Sequence record: JX128257
Source: Escherichia phage ECML-4
Length of the DNA stretch: 64,000 bases
Strand: one strand, 5' to 3'
Both the position numbers and the translations under genes were made by a program. A model generated the notes under the pieces. That model had not been told where the DNA came from and made no database searches. It worked only from the letters and a program-made list of their open reading frames with translations. Below are positions 1-8,702 of the stretch, one piece after another (the first letter of the stretch is position 1; every line of letters starts with the position of its first letter).

Positions 1-284
1 GTTTAGCAACTGCGGATGCTGACCTTCTGAGCGCCAAGGGGGATATCTATATCCCTGACAACCAATATCGAAACAAACAAGTTTGTGATGGTATACAGAA
101 AATGATAGACAGCGGAGTCAAAGTCGTTCTGTTCCCACCAGAAATCCCATGGAAGGATATCAACGATATGGTCCATCCGGATAAGGGGAACATCCCTATT
201 CGTGATTTGCTTCAGATCATAGCCAAGAACGTGTATCAGGGGTTGGCAGCGTCCCTGAGGTTTTCAGATTTGAGGAAGATATAA
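1..284 (+). CDS. hypothetical protein, 5'-truncated at window edge (C-terminal fragment only)
   Basis: Frame is open from the window start to the stop at 282-284; the 60 aa ORF in the track is its tail. No confident domain call. Confidence 0.45.
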   Translation, partial: LATADADLLSAKGDIYIPDNQYRNKQVCDGIQKMIDSGVKVVLFPPEIPWKDINDMVHPDKGNIPIRDLLQIIAKNVYQGLAASLRFSDLRKI

Positions 285-389
285 GAACTGACCTAAAACT
301 TTTTAACTCAAAATATTTCCCTCCAGGCCTCGTTCTATGAGGCCTCTTAAAATACTTCAAAAATATTTTAAAATTTTATTGAAAAAGAC

Positions 390-418
390 TTTACTCTTCA
401 ATAATGATGCACTATTAT
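390..418 (+). promoter_or_regulatory. candidate early sigma70-like promoter (TTTACT, 17 bp spacer, TATTAT) with upstream A-tracts
   Basis: Seen in sequence upstream of the 496 gene; shares a TTCAATAA spacer motif with the site at 26943-26971. Confidence 0.35.
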
Positions 419-495
419 AGTTCACATAGGGCGGTACACAACACCCCGCCGAATGAAAAGTGAAACGAACCAACTACATTATGAGGAATTACATC

Positions 496-984
496 ATGGC
501 TACTACCAAAACTCTGATCACCAACGGCACCATCTCTTTTGAACTGAACACTGAAGTTGCAAAAGTTGAAATGTTCCGCATCGCTCAGGCAGCTGGCTTC
601 ACTGGTGGCAAAACTTCCTTCATGAACCTGCTGAACGGCAAAGTCAAAGCGACCAACGGCTTCACCCTGGTTGAGCAGGTTGTGGTTGATAAAGCAGTCG
701 TCGCAAAAACCGCTGACAAAGTTGGCATGCTGAAAGACCTGGGACACGACATCCACGTTGTTGAAGCTACGACCGAAACTTACGGCACCATCACTGTCGG
801 AAAAGGGCGCATCCAGCTGAACCCGCTGAACAACGGAACCTTCTCTGTGATGGTATTCCCGAAAAAAGGTTACGACAACAGCGATATCGTGAAAGCCGCT
901 GGCGGTGAAGCGAAATCCCAGTATGTCAAAATGGGTAAACTGAGCGCAGACGCCGTTGAAACTCTGGTGAGCAAACTGGCATAA
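496..984 (+). CDS. hypothetical small protein, probably highly expressed
   Basis: ATG at 496 with GAGGAA SD 7 nt upstream (track start 460 is an in-frame GTG); strongly biased codon use; hairpin at about 995-1012 after the stop. Confidence 0.7.
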   Translation: MATTKTLITNGTISFELNTEVAKVEMFRIAQAAGFTGGKTSFMNLLNGKVKATNGFTLVEQVVVDKAVVAKTADKVGMLKDLGHDIHVVEATTETYGTITVGKGRIQLNPLNNGTFSVMVFPKKGYDNSDIVKAAGGEAKSQYVKMGKLSADAVETLVSKLA

Positions 985-1038
985 TCCACAAGGGGAGGCA
1001 ACTCCCCTCCTTATTCAGATTTTTGGTAGGAGATTATC

Positions 1039-1227
1039 ATGGGACGTCCGATTATCCACGCTTCAGAAGGTGCTATCTGGGTTATAACCAGAATCCCTGA
1101 AGTTCATTTCCCTCAGTTTCAAGAAGAAATCGAACAAGCAATGCTAACGATCCTGGAAAAATACGGGTACGACACTGAAGTCCGTGAAGCCTTCAACGAA
1201 ATTATGCCTGTGGTGGTTGCGCGATGA
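1039..1227 (+). CDS. hypothetical protein
   Basis: ORF with AGGAG SD; start/stop overlap with the next ORF. Confidence 0.45.
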   Translation: MGRPIIHASEGAIWVITRIPEVHFPQFQEEIEQAMLTILEKYGYDTEVREAFNEIMPVVVAR

Positions 1228-1529
1228 AACTGACCCTCGAACAAATCGGCGAAGCAACATGCCAACTCCTGAAGGAAAAGACAGGCAAGCAGTGGAAGCA
1301 TCAGTTGTTCAAAGATCACCCTGATGGCGTAGGGGCGATCATGATTGATAGCGAAGAGTCAACAGCCGTCCTCTTCTACTGGCAAGGTACTGGCCGCTGG
1401 TCGGCGCAGACTTATGGTGGGAATAAGCAATCTAACTCCGTGCCTTCACCAGTGGAGGCATATGAAAGTCTGAAGAGAGGCATTCAAATGCAGATCGTTA
1501 GTCTGAACACTCTTTTGTCAACTATCTAA
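1224..1529 (+). CDS. hypothetical protein
   Basis: ORF with ATGA start/stop overlap with the preceding gene. Confidence 0.5.
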   Translation: MKLTLEQIGEATCQLLKEKTGKQWKHQLFKDHPDGVGAIMIDSEESTAVLFYWQGTGRWSAQTYGGNKQSNSVPSPVEAYESLKRGIQMQIVSLNTLLSTI

Positions 1530-1561
1530 CATAACAGTTCCTCAAGTCAGTTCACTTTCAC

Positions 1562-1602
1562 TTTAAATACCTCTGCAATCACTGCGGAGGTATTTTCTTA
1601 TG
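1562..1602 (+). promoter_or_regulatory. late-promoter-like motif TTTAAATA overlapping a 13 bp hairpin that sequesters the endolysin SD
   Basis: Inverted repeat AAATACCTCTGCA / TGCGGAGGTATTT (about 1565-1595) contains GGAGG 10 nt before the ATG at 1600. Confidence 0.45.
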
Positions 1603-2394
1603 GCCATTCTAAAACTTGGCAACCGAGGTTCTGAAGTCAAATCACTTCAGCAAAGCCTCAATAAAATCGGGTTCTCTCTTGTAGCTGATGGCATATTTGG
1701 CAAAGCGACCGAGAATGCTGTCAAATCCGTTCAGGCAGGTGCCGGACTGGTGATTGATGGTATTGCAGGTCCAAAAACCTTCTATGCTATCCGTAATGCC
1801 GGAGACGCTCATCAGGAACATCTTACCGAAGCCGACTTAGTTGACGCAGCGCGTGAACTTGGTGTCGAACTGGCCAGCATGAAAGCTGTTAACCAGGTCG
1901 AATCTCGGGGAACGGGTTTCACCAAAACAGGTAAGATCAAAACTCTGTTCGAGCGCCACATCATGTATAAGAAAGTGGCGGCTAAATTCGGACAAGCAAG
2001 AGCCAATGCTCTGTACCAACTTTACCCAACATTGGTTAACCCCAATTCTGGTGGCTATATCGGCGGAGACGCGGAGTTGGAACGCCTTCAGGGTGCAATC
2101 GCCCTTGATGAGGATTGCGCGTACGAGAGTGCGTCCTACGGCTTATTCCAGATCATGGGGTTCAATTGCCAGATATGTGGTTATCCGAACGCCAAAGAAA
2201 TGTTCACAGATTTTCTGACTGGTGAACGCGCACATCTTCTGGCATTTGTGAAATTCATCAAAGCTGACGCCAATATGTGGAAAGCATTGAAGAACAAAAA
2301 TTGGGCTGAGTTCGCCCGTCGGTACAATGGTCCAGCATATGCCAAGAACCAGTATGACACCAAACTAGCGGCGGCATACAAGAGTTTCTGTTAA
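1600..2394 (+). CDS. endolysin: N-terminal peptidoglycan-binding domain plus C-terminal N-acetylmuramidase-like catalytic domain
   Basis: N-terminus matches PG_binding_1 repeat pattern (SEVKSLQQSLNKIGF...DGIFGKATENAV...DGIAGPKT); C-terminus carries GLFQIMG-type muramidase motif. Confidence 0.85.
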   Translation: MAILKLGNRGSEVKSLQQSLNKIGFSLVADGIFGKATENAVKSVQAGAGLVIDGIAGPKTFYAIRNAGDAHQEHLTEADLVDAARELGVELASMKAVNQVESRGTGFTKTGKIKTLFERHIMYKKVAAKFGQARANALYQLYPTLVNPNSGGYIGGDAELERLQGAIALDEDCAYESASYGLFQIMGFNCQICGYPNAKEMFTDFLTGERAHLLAFVKFIKADANMWKALKNKNWAEFARRYNGPAYAKNQYDTKLAAAYKSFC

Positions 2395-2398
2395 CAAA

Positions 2399-2420
2399 AG
2401 GCCGGAAACGGCCTTTTTCT
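2399..2420 (+). terminator. rho-independent terminator after endolysin
   Basis: AGGCCG-GAAA-CGGCCT stem-loop followed by TTTTTCTTT. Confidence 0.7.
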
Positions 2421-2499
2421 TTATCTAACATACAGGTATGCTGGGCACGTCGCTTAATTAAAGGTGTCGACAACCCCTGTAGATATAGGAAGGTTCAAC

Positions 2500-3339
2500 A
2501 TGCAATCTGCGTCTAAAGTTGTATCCATGAAGCCAGCGAAGACAAAATCTGCTCGTAAGAAAGACACCATCCAGAAGGAAGAAGACTGGATGAAGTTTTC
2601 CAAAGGCGATTTCAAAATTGCTCCGTTCAATGGCCTCTCAGAAAATCAGAACCTCGCATATCAATCCGCACTCAATGAACATCTCACTATCGCTATCGGT
2701 CCGGCAGGTACAGGCAAATCCTATTGTGGTGCGTCCGCTGCTGCCAAGCATCTGATTGACAAAACCATCAACAAGATTATCATCACGCGTTCTCCTTTAC
2801 CGACTGGAACCACAGCGGGGTTCCGGCCTGGTGACACATATGAAAAGCTGATGCCTTATTTGATGCCGCTCATACAGACATTCAAAAAGGTTCTCAAAAC
2901 AGATACGGGTTCCGACGGTTTCTTCAACTATCTGTGGGAGAAACGCATCATAGAAATTCAAGACCTTGAAACTGTGAAGGGGATGACTTTCGATGATTGT
3001 TTCCTGATTATCGAAGAGGCGCAGGAATGCGATATGGAGCAACTGAAAAACTTATTGACTCGTGCTTCAGATTCTTCGTACATCTTCGTGAATGGAGATA
3101 TCAAACAGTCTAACAAGCGACTGCGTGATAGTGCGTTACAGACGTATGTGGATTCCTTTAAAGACTTCAACAACAAGCTGGAAACAGGTTCTTTGCAAAT
3201 TGACGGTGTAGAAATCGGAGATGAATATCCTGAGTGGGTTCAGCCATTCAGCATCATCGAATTCGATAAGTCTGATCGTAATGGTCGCGGTAACTTCACC
3301 CGCCTGATGTTAGAAATTAACGACCTGTACAACATTTAA
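2500..3339 (+). CDS. phoH: PhoH-like ATPase
   Basis: Walker A GPAGTGKS and PhoH-family layout; ATG at 2500 with AGGAAGG SD (track start 2464 is GTG). Confidence 0.85.
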   Translation: MQSASKVVSMKPAKTKSARKKDTIQKEEDWMKFSKGDFKIAPFNGLSENQNLAYQSALNEHLTIAIGPAGTGKSYCGASAAAKHLIDKTINKIIITRSPLPTGTTAGFRPGDTYEKLMPYLMPLIQTFKKVLKTDTGSDGFFNYLWEKRIIEIQDLETVKGMTFDDCFLIIEEAQECDMEQLKNLLTRASDSSYIFVNGDIKQSNKRLRDSALQTYVDSFKDFNNKLETGSLQIDGVEIGDEYPEWVQPFSIIEFDKSDRNGRGNFTRLMLEINDLYNI

Positions 3340-3423
3340 ATACCACACGAACTTCCCCGTCGCCTTCAATCCATGGAGGCGACGTATAATAACAGCCTGC
3401 ATTAACACAAACCGAGGATCGCT

Positions 3424-5706
3424 ATGATTAACATCATAAAGCGGGACGGATCTTCTGTCCCCTTTGACATTGAAAAACTCCACACTGTTCTTGAACGTGC
3501 CTGTGAAGGATTAGAAGGAGTTTCGGTGTCTGAGGTGGAAGCAGCATCGAAGATTCAGTTCACAGACAATATGAAAACCGAACGCATTCAGGATATTATC
3601 ATCCAAGCGGCGGCTACATTGATTTCTGTAGAAAAACCCAACTACCAATATGTTGCTGCCCGTCTGAAATCGTATGACCTGCGCAAAGTCGTCTATGGGC
3701 GATACAAGCCACCTCATTTGCTTGATATATTCGCTAAAAACATCAAGCAGGGCGTTTATGATCGTGAATTCCTCGAACTCTATACGAAAGAAGAATTTGA
3801 AGAACTGAACACGGTCATCAATCACAAACGCGACAAGAATTTTACTTGGGCGGCTATGGGCCAGCTCACGCAAAAATATCTTTTGCGCGATCGCTCAGCA
3901 GACAGCAAAGTATATTACGAAACGCCTCAAGTCATGTATATGGCGATCGCGATGGCCCTGTTCTCTGCATGGGATAAAGAAACTCGCCTGACGATGGTGA
4001 AGAAATTTTATGAATACGCCAGTACAGGTAAATTCAGTCTTCCAACACCCATCATGTCCGGCGTTCGTACCCCAACCCGCCAATTCAGTTCTTGTGTTCT
4101 TATCAAAACCGGTGACACTTTGGACTCAATCAATGCTACAGCCAAAAGTATTGTTGATTATGTATCCAAACGCGCTGGGATCGGATTTGATGTCGGAGCA
4201 ATTCGTGGCATCGGTAGCCCTATCCGAAAAGGTGAAATGGTGCACACAGGTCTGGTTCCTTTCATAAAATATCTGACTGGGGCATTAAAGTCTTGCTCTC
4301 AAGGCGGTATTCGTGGCGGATCAGCAACTTGCTATATCCCTATCTGGCATTATCAATTTGATGATGTTGTGGTCCTGAAGAACAACCGTGGTCTTGAAGA
4401 GAACCGTGAACGCCGTATCGACTATGGTATTCAGATCAACCGCGTCATGTTCGAACGTCTGGTGAACAAACAACCCCTGTATTTGTTCGATCCGAAAGAC
4501 AACCGCGATATGTACGAAGCGTTTTTCGCAGATGTCGATAAGTTCCGTACCCTGTACGACAACATGGTCAAAGCTGCTGATGCTGGTTTGGTTCGTGCCA
4601 AGAAGATGAATGCGGAAGAAGTATTCCAGATGTTGTTGGATCAGCGTTCAGATACAGGCCGCATCTACATCGCGTTTGTCGACCACATGAACCAGTACAG
4701 CCCATTCAATCTAGACACAATCTATAGTTCTAATCTGTGTCTGGAGATTGCGCTTCCTACTCGTGAATTCCAACAGTACGACGATGAAGAAGGTCGGATC
4801 GCTCTGTGTACTTTGGCCTCTTTTAACCTGACGGCGTTTGAAGACCCGACAGAAATGGAAGACGTTGCATATGTCTTGGTTTCGGCTTTGGATATGCTGC
4901 TGGAATACCAAGATTATCCAGCACGTCAAGCCCGTCTGGCTGTAGAAGAATATCGTCCTCTGGGTATCGGTGTCGTCAACGTCGCGCATTTCTTCGCCAA
5001 GAACTTCACGGGGTATGGATCTCCTGTTGGGTTAGAACTCCTGGACAAGTGGATGGCGCACCTGCATTTCTATCTGGTAAAGGCTTCGAATCGTCTGGCC
5101 ATGAAGTTTGGGGCATGTAAGAAGGAAACCATTCATCGTTCTGGTAAGATAACAGCCGACCTTCAACCGTTGCCGCTGGATATCCTCCCCAATGGTAAAA
5201 AGCCGGAAGGTATGGCATACGGCCTTGACTGGGACGGTTTGAAAGACTCTCTGCGTTGCCATGGTATCCGCAATGCTACTCTCTTGGCGATAGCACCAAC
5301 TGAAAGCTCCTCTCAGGTGCTGAACGCCACGAATGGTATAGAGCCACCCAAAGGCCTCATCAGTATCAAAGGCAGCAAGGATGGCGTCTACAAGCAGATC
5401 GTTCCGGACGTTGAAACCCTTGGTCCTCTATATGACCTGAAATGGAATCTGTCTTGTATCGACTATTTGAAAACAGCGGCGGTCGCCCAGCGTTGGGTTG
5501 ACCAATCCATCAGCGTTAATACACATTATGATCCAGAGAAATTCCCAGACGGGAAGATCCCGCGCTCTCTCATGATGCAGGATATTCTGTCTTTCTACAT
5601 GTGGGGTGGTAAAACTCTGTATTACAACACCAACAAAGACTCTAAGGAAGATGAAGAGTTGAAACAAATTGAAGATCCGAATCACTGTGACACCTGTGTT
5701 GTCTGA
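3424..5706 (+). CDS. nrdA: ribonucleotide reductase class Ia large subunit
   Basis: 760 aa; N-terminal ATP-cone (MINIIKRDGSSVPFDIEKL) and alpha-chain length and architecture; GAGGA SD. Confidence 0.95.
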   Translation: MINIIKRDGSSVPFDIEKLHTVLERACEGLEGVSVSEVEAASKIQFTDNMKTERIQDIIIQAAATLISVEKPNYQYVAARLKSYDLRKVVYGRYKPPHLLDIFAKNIKQGVYDREFLELYTKEEFEELNTVINHKRDKNFTWAAMGQLTQKYLLRDRSADSKVYYETPQVMYMAIAMALFSAWDKETRLTMVKKFYEYASTGKFSLPTPIMSGVRTPTRQFSSCVLIKTGDTLDSINATAKSIVDYVSKRAGIGFDVGAIRGIGSPIRKGEMVHTGLVPFIKYLTGALKSCSQGGIRGGSATCYIPIWHYQFDDVVVLKNNRGLEENRERRIDYGIQINRVMFERLVNKQPLYLFDPKDNRDMYEAFFADVDKFRTLYDNMVKAADAGLVRAKKMNAEEVFQMLLDQRSDTGRIYIAFVDHMNQYSPFNLDTIYSSNLCLEIALPTREFQQYDDEEGRIALCTLASFNLTAFEDPTEMEDVAYVLVSALDMLLEYQDYPARQARLAVEEYRPLGIGVVNVAHFFAKNFTGYGSPVGLELLDKWMAHLHFYLVKASNRLAMKFGACKKETIHRSGKITADLQPLPLDILPNGKKPEGMAYGLDWDGLKDSLRCHGIRNATLLAIAPTESSSQVLNATNGIEPPKGLISIKGSKDGVYKQIVPDVETLGPLYDLKWNLSCIDYLKTAAVAQRWVDQSISVNTHYDPEKFPDGKIPRSLMMQDILSFYMWGGKTLYYNTNKDSKEDEELKQIEDPNHCDTCVV

Positions 5707-5737
5707 TTAGGTCTATACCACACAATCGTTTAATATC

Positions 5738-5765
5738 AGGGGTGATTCGTCACCCCTTATTCATC
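5738..5765 (+). terminator. intercistronic hairpin between nrdA and nrdB (terminator-like, weak T-run)
   Basis: AGGGGTGA-TTCG-TCACCCCT 8 bp stem directly before the nrdB SD. Confidence 0.5.
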
Positions 5766-5776
5766 AGGAAAGAAAC

Positions 5777-6880
5777 ATGAACGAACAAAAGCAATTCTCA
5801 GTATTCGATCCATCTTCAAATAATACAGGACTGCCATTCTTTGGCGACCCTGTAAGTATCCAGCGTTATGACAAAGTGGCTTGGCCTTTTGTTCAAAAAT
5901 GGTATGAAAAAGGCCTCAGCCAATTCTGGCGTCCGGAAGAAGTGGATGTCACCAAAGACAAAGCGGACTTTGCCACTCTATCCGCTGCGGAACAACACAT
6001 CTACTTCAGCAACCTGAAACGCCAAACCATGCTGGACTCTATTCAGGGCGCTGCTCCGTTCGAAGCGTTTGGCCCGTGGGCATCAACACCAGAAGCGCAA
6101 TTTGCTATTCTGGAATGGACGCGCCAAGAAGCCATCCACTCACTATCTTACACGCATATCCTTCGTAACACAGTGAATGATCCTGGTATCGTTTTTGACC
6201 ATGTTCTGGACGTTCAGGAGATCGTAGATTGCGCCGGACAGATCAGCGTATACTACGACGACATGGTGCGTTACAGCGGGATGCGTATGGCTGGACGCGC
6301 GTTCACCCGTGAAGACATCATGAACGCCAAGCGTGCATTCTGGCGTGCTCTGTTTGCTGCCAACTCCCTCGAAGGCGTCCGTTTCTATGTTTCATTTGCG
6401 TGTTCTTGGGCATTCATGCAATTCCTCAACAAAATGGAAGGCAATGCCAAGATTATTCGCCAGATCGCTCGTGACGAGCAAGATCACCTCATTCTGACAC
6501 AGACTTTCCTGAATCGTCTTCCGTTGTTAGACCCTGATTTTGGTATCATCCGTGAAGAACTGCGTGGCGAAATGACCCAGATGTATGTGGATGTGGTCAA
6601 CCAAGAGAAAGAGTGGGCGAACTATCTGTTCAAAGACGGATCCATGCTGGGTCTGAACGCAAATATCTTACACCAAATGGTTGATTGGCTAGCAACACAT
6701 CGTATGGGCGCGATTGGCCACCCGTACCCTGGGCAAGCCCGTAAAGACAATCCGGTTCCATGGATAAATGAGTGGCTAGATAATAAAACAATGCAATACG
6801 CATTACAGGAAGCGGAAGCCCCTGATTATCTGACTGGTGTCCTTACTGGATCAGTCTCCGACGGTCTGAAATTTGTTTAA
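5777..6880 (+). CDS. nrdB: ribonucleotide reductase class Ia small subunit
   Basis: 367 aa, immediately after nrdA, ferritin-like beta-subunit pattern. Confidence 0.9.
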   Translation: MNEQKQFSVFDPSSNNTGLPFFGDPVSIQRYDKVAWPFVQKWYEKGLSQFWRPEEVDVTKDKADFATLSAAEQHIYFSNLKRQTMLDSIQGAAPFEAFGPWASTPEAQFAILEWTRQEAIHSLSYTHILRNTVNDPGIVFDHVLDVQEIVDCAGQISVYYDDMVRYSGMRMAGRAFTREDIMNAKRAFWRALFAANSLEGVRFYVSFACSWAFMQFLNKMEGNAKIIRQIARDEQDHLILTQTFLNRLPLLDPDFGIIREELRGEMTQMYVDVVNQEKEWANYLFKDGSMLGLNANILHQMVDWLATHRMGAIGHPYPGQARKDNPVPWINEWLDNKTMQYALQEAEAPDYLTGVLTGSVSDGLKFV

Positions 6881-6889
6881 AGGTGAGAA

Positions 6890-7114
6890 ATGATTACGAT
6901 CTATTCCAAACAAGGTTGTGCGCAGTGTTTACAAGCCGAAAACATCTGCCGCATTCGCGGTATTGAACACAAGATTCTGAAACTTGATAAAGATTACAAG
7001 CTGGAAGAATTACAGAAAATCACTGGTAAACAGCGCATGTCTATGCCCGTGATTGTCCTGGCTGATCAAACCGTGACCGATGTTACTGGACTCGCCGCAA
7101 GTTTAAAACGTTGA
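6890..7114 (+). CDS. glutaredoxin-like redoxin (NrdH/NrdC-like)
   Basis: 74 aa with N-terminal CxxC (CAQC) and position directly after nrdB. Confidence 0.7.
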   Translation: MITIYSKQGCAQCLQAENICRIRGIEHKILKLDKDYKLEELQKITGKQRMSMPVIVLADQTVTDVTGLAASLKR

Positions 7115-7120
7115 TATTTC

Positions 7121-7150
7121 AAAGCCCCTGATCCAGGGGCTTTACTTTTG
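7121..7150 (+). terminator. rho-independent terminator after the redoxin gene
   Basis: AGCCCCTG-ATC-CAGGGGCT stem followed by T-rich tract. Confidence 0.65.
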
Positions 7151-7220
7151 AAACCTTCCCGCCTATACTTCCCAATAATTCATTGGCAAACGCCACAAAT
7201 TGAACAGCAGGAACTATATC

Positions 7221-7454
7221 ATGACCAATTCTGAAATATATCATGCTTCTATGCATTATCATGACCTACGCGCCCGTCCAGGACACGCCAAACAAAAAGC
7301 ATTCTGGGTAGCAGAACTCAGATTACGCCGTGCTGTCGTTAACCACCAAATAATCATGAATCGGAAAAACGACAAATCACCGTTGTTGGCAGATTCTTAT
7401 CTTGAACTCCGCACAGCCTATGAACAAGCCAAACAGCACGTAATAGGAGCATAA
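7221..7454 (+). CDS. hypothetical protein
   Basis: ATG at 7221 with AGGA SD (track start 7200 is TTG). Confidence 0.45.
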   Translation: MTNSEIYHASMHYHDLRARPGHAKQKAFWVAELRLRRAVVNHQIIMNRKNDKSPLLADSYLELRTAYEQAKQHVIGA

Positions 7455-7455
7455 T

Positions 7456-7917
7456 ATGTCCAACAAATTACTCACCAACCCCCGCCACAACTTTGGTTAT
7501 ATCCAATTACCAGAAGTGATAGACACGTTGTTTGCTGAAGACAAAGAAGAAGTTTGTTGGGCACCAGCGACCCTTATTGAACGCGAAATTTTCAAATCTG
7601 AAGTAGACGTGATGTTCCGCATCGGTTCATCCGGAGACCTTCATTATTTGGGGAAAGTGACCGAGTTAAAGACCTGCCATGCTCAAAGATTTTTGCGCAT
7701 TGACACCACTCAATGTGAAGACTTTTCATTCAGCATTCTGCGTGAATATGTTCAGGTCAACCGTCCTGTGTATCAACACCGTCCTTATTTGACGTCGATG
7801 CATATAGACAATTATATTTCCGACATTCATTTACGTGCATCAACTATCCATGAAGAAGATTCTGGTATCGCGGTTGATACAGTACTCAATATGATCGTCA
7901 TTACTTTGGTGCCGTGA
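7456..7917 (+). CDS. hypothetical protein
   Basis: ORF with TAGGAG SD. Confidence 0.5.
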   Translation: MSNKLLTNPRHNFGYIQLPEVIDTLFAEDKEEVCWAPATLIEREIFKSEVDVMFRIGSSGDLHYLGKVTELKTCHAQRFLRIDTTQCEDFSFSILREYVQVNRPVYQHRPYLTSMHIDNYISDIHLRASTIHEEDSGIAVDTVLNMIVITLVP

Positions 7918-7918
7918 T

Positions 7919-8257
7919 ATGTACAAATTCCCGATATTAGAAACAGTGTACTCTGTTCACAAAAAGGAAGGTCCATTATTTGAAAATTTGGATATTCTGT
8001 TAAAGGAAAATGTCCGTATCCCTCTGGTTCTAAAGAGAAAGCAAATAGGATATAGCCATGACTGCCAAATAATGCGTTCTGAAGGCACCGACGTCTTACG
8101 CATCCGTCTAACATTTGTGTTGACAGGTAATCTGGACGGTATGGTGGTTAATCTGAAACCAACCACCATAGTCCACAGAACGGGTGGGAAAATATTATAT
8201 CGTTTATTAACTCATTTTGAGTTGGTGACAAAATGCTCTGCCACGGACGTTCTTTAA
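7919..8257 (+). CDS. hypothetical protein
   Basis: ORF abutting the previous stop. Confidence 0.45.
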   Translation: MYKFPILETVYSVHKKEGPLFENLDILLKENVRIPLVLKRKQIGYSHDCQIMRSEGTDVLRIRLTFVLTGNLDGMVVNLKPTTIVHRTGGKILYRLLTHFELVTKCSATDVL

Positions 8258-8638
8258 TCAATTTGTCCGTTTCAACCATATGGTGTCTGTTATCGGCTCT
8301 GGGTTGTTGACCACATAAAAAGTTATGGTTACACCCAGAGAATGATAATCGTCAGACAATGACACATCAACTGATTGTATCTCCGCTCTCGGTTCAAATA
8401 AAGCAATCGCGTCTTCAACTTTGTTTTTAACATCAACCTGAATTGTGGGATTCGTATTTTCCCCCAGCATGGTATACAGCCCAGCCCCGATACTTGGGTA
8501 TGTCGGCCAATCCCCAACTGTTGTCATCACGATATTTCGTACGGATTGCAACACGGCATAGACACCTGTTTTCTTTGTGACATCTTTGGTGACCGGATGC
8601 ATGCCAAACTTCAGGTCAATGTCCTTGTACTCTTTCAT
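8258..8638 (-). CDS. gp25: baseplate wedge protein, gp25-like
   Basis: Size and sequence pattern of the T4 gp25 / GPW family; ATG at 8638 with AAGGGG SD (track start 8671 is GTG). Confidence 0.75.
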   Translation of the reverse strand: MKEYKDIDLKFGMHPVTKDVTKKTGVYAVLQSVRNIVMTTVGDWPTYPSIGAGLYTMLGENTNPTIQVDVKNKVEDAIALFEPRAEIQSVDVSLSDDYHSLGVTITFYVVNNPEPITDTIWLKRTN

Positions 8639-8702
8639 GTTAAACCCCTTTGGATATTGCCTCTCCGGCACGAGAGGGCATTATCTACCCTCGCCAGTGT
8701 AA

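Noticed and set aside
415-756. 113 aa minus-strand ORF
   Set aside because: Antisense to the strongly codon-biased 496..984 gene; no SD.
3340-3423. Hairpin CGTCGCC ... GGCGACG followed by TATAAT upstream of nrdA, considered as a structured RNA element
   Set aside because: Best explained as a PhoH terminator-like hairpin next to an ordinary -10 element; nothing seen to suggest a riboswitch.
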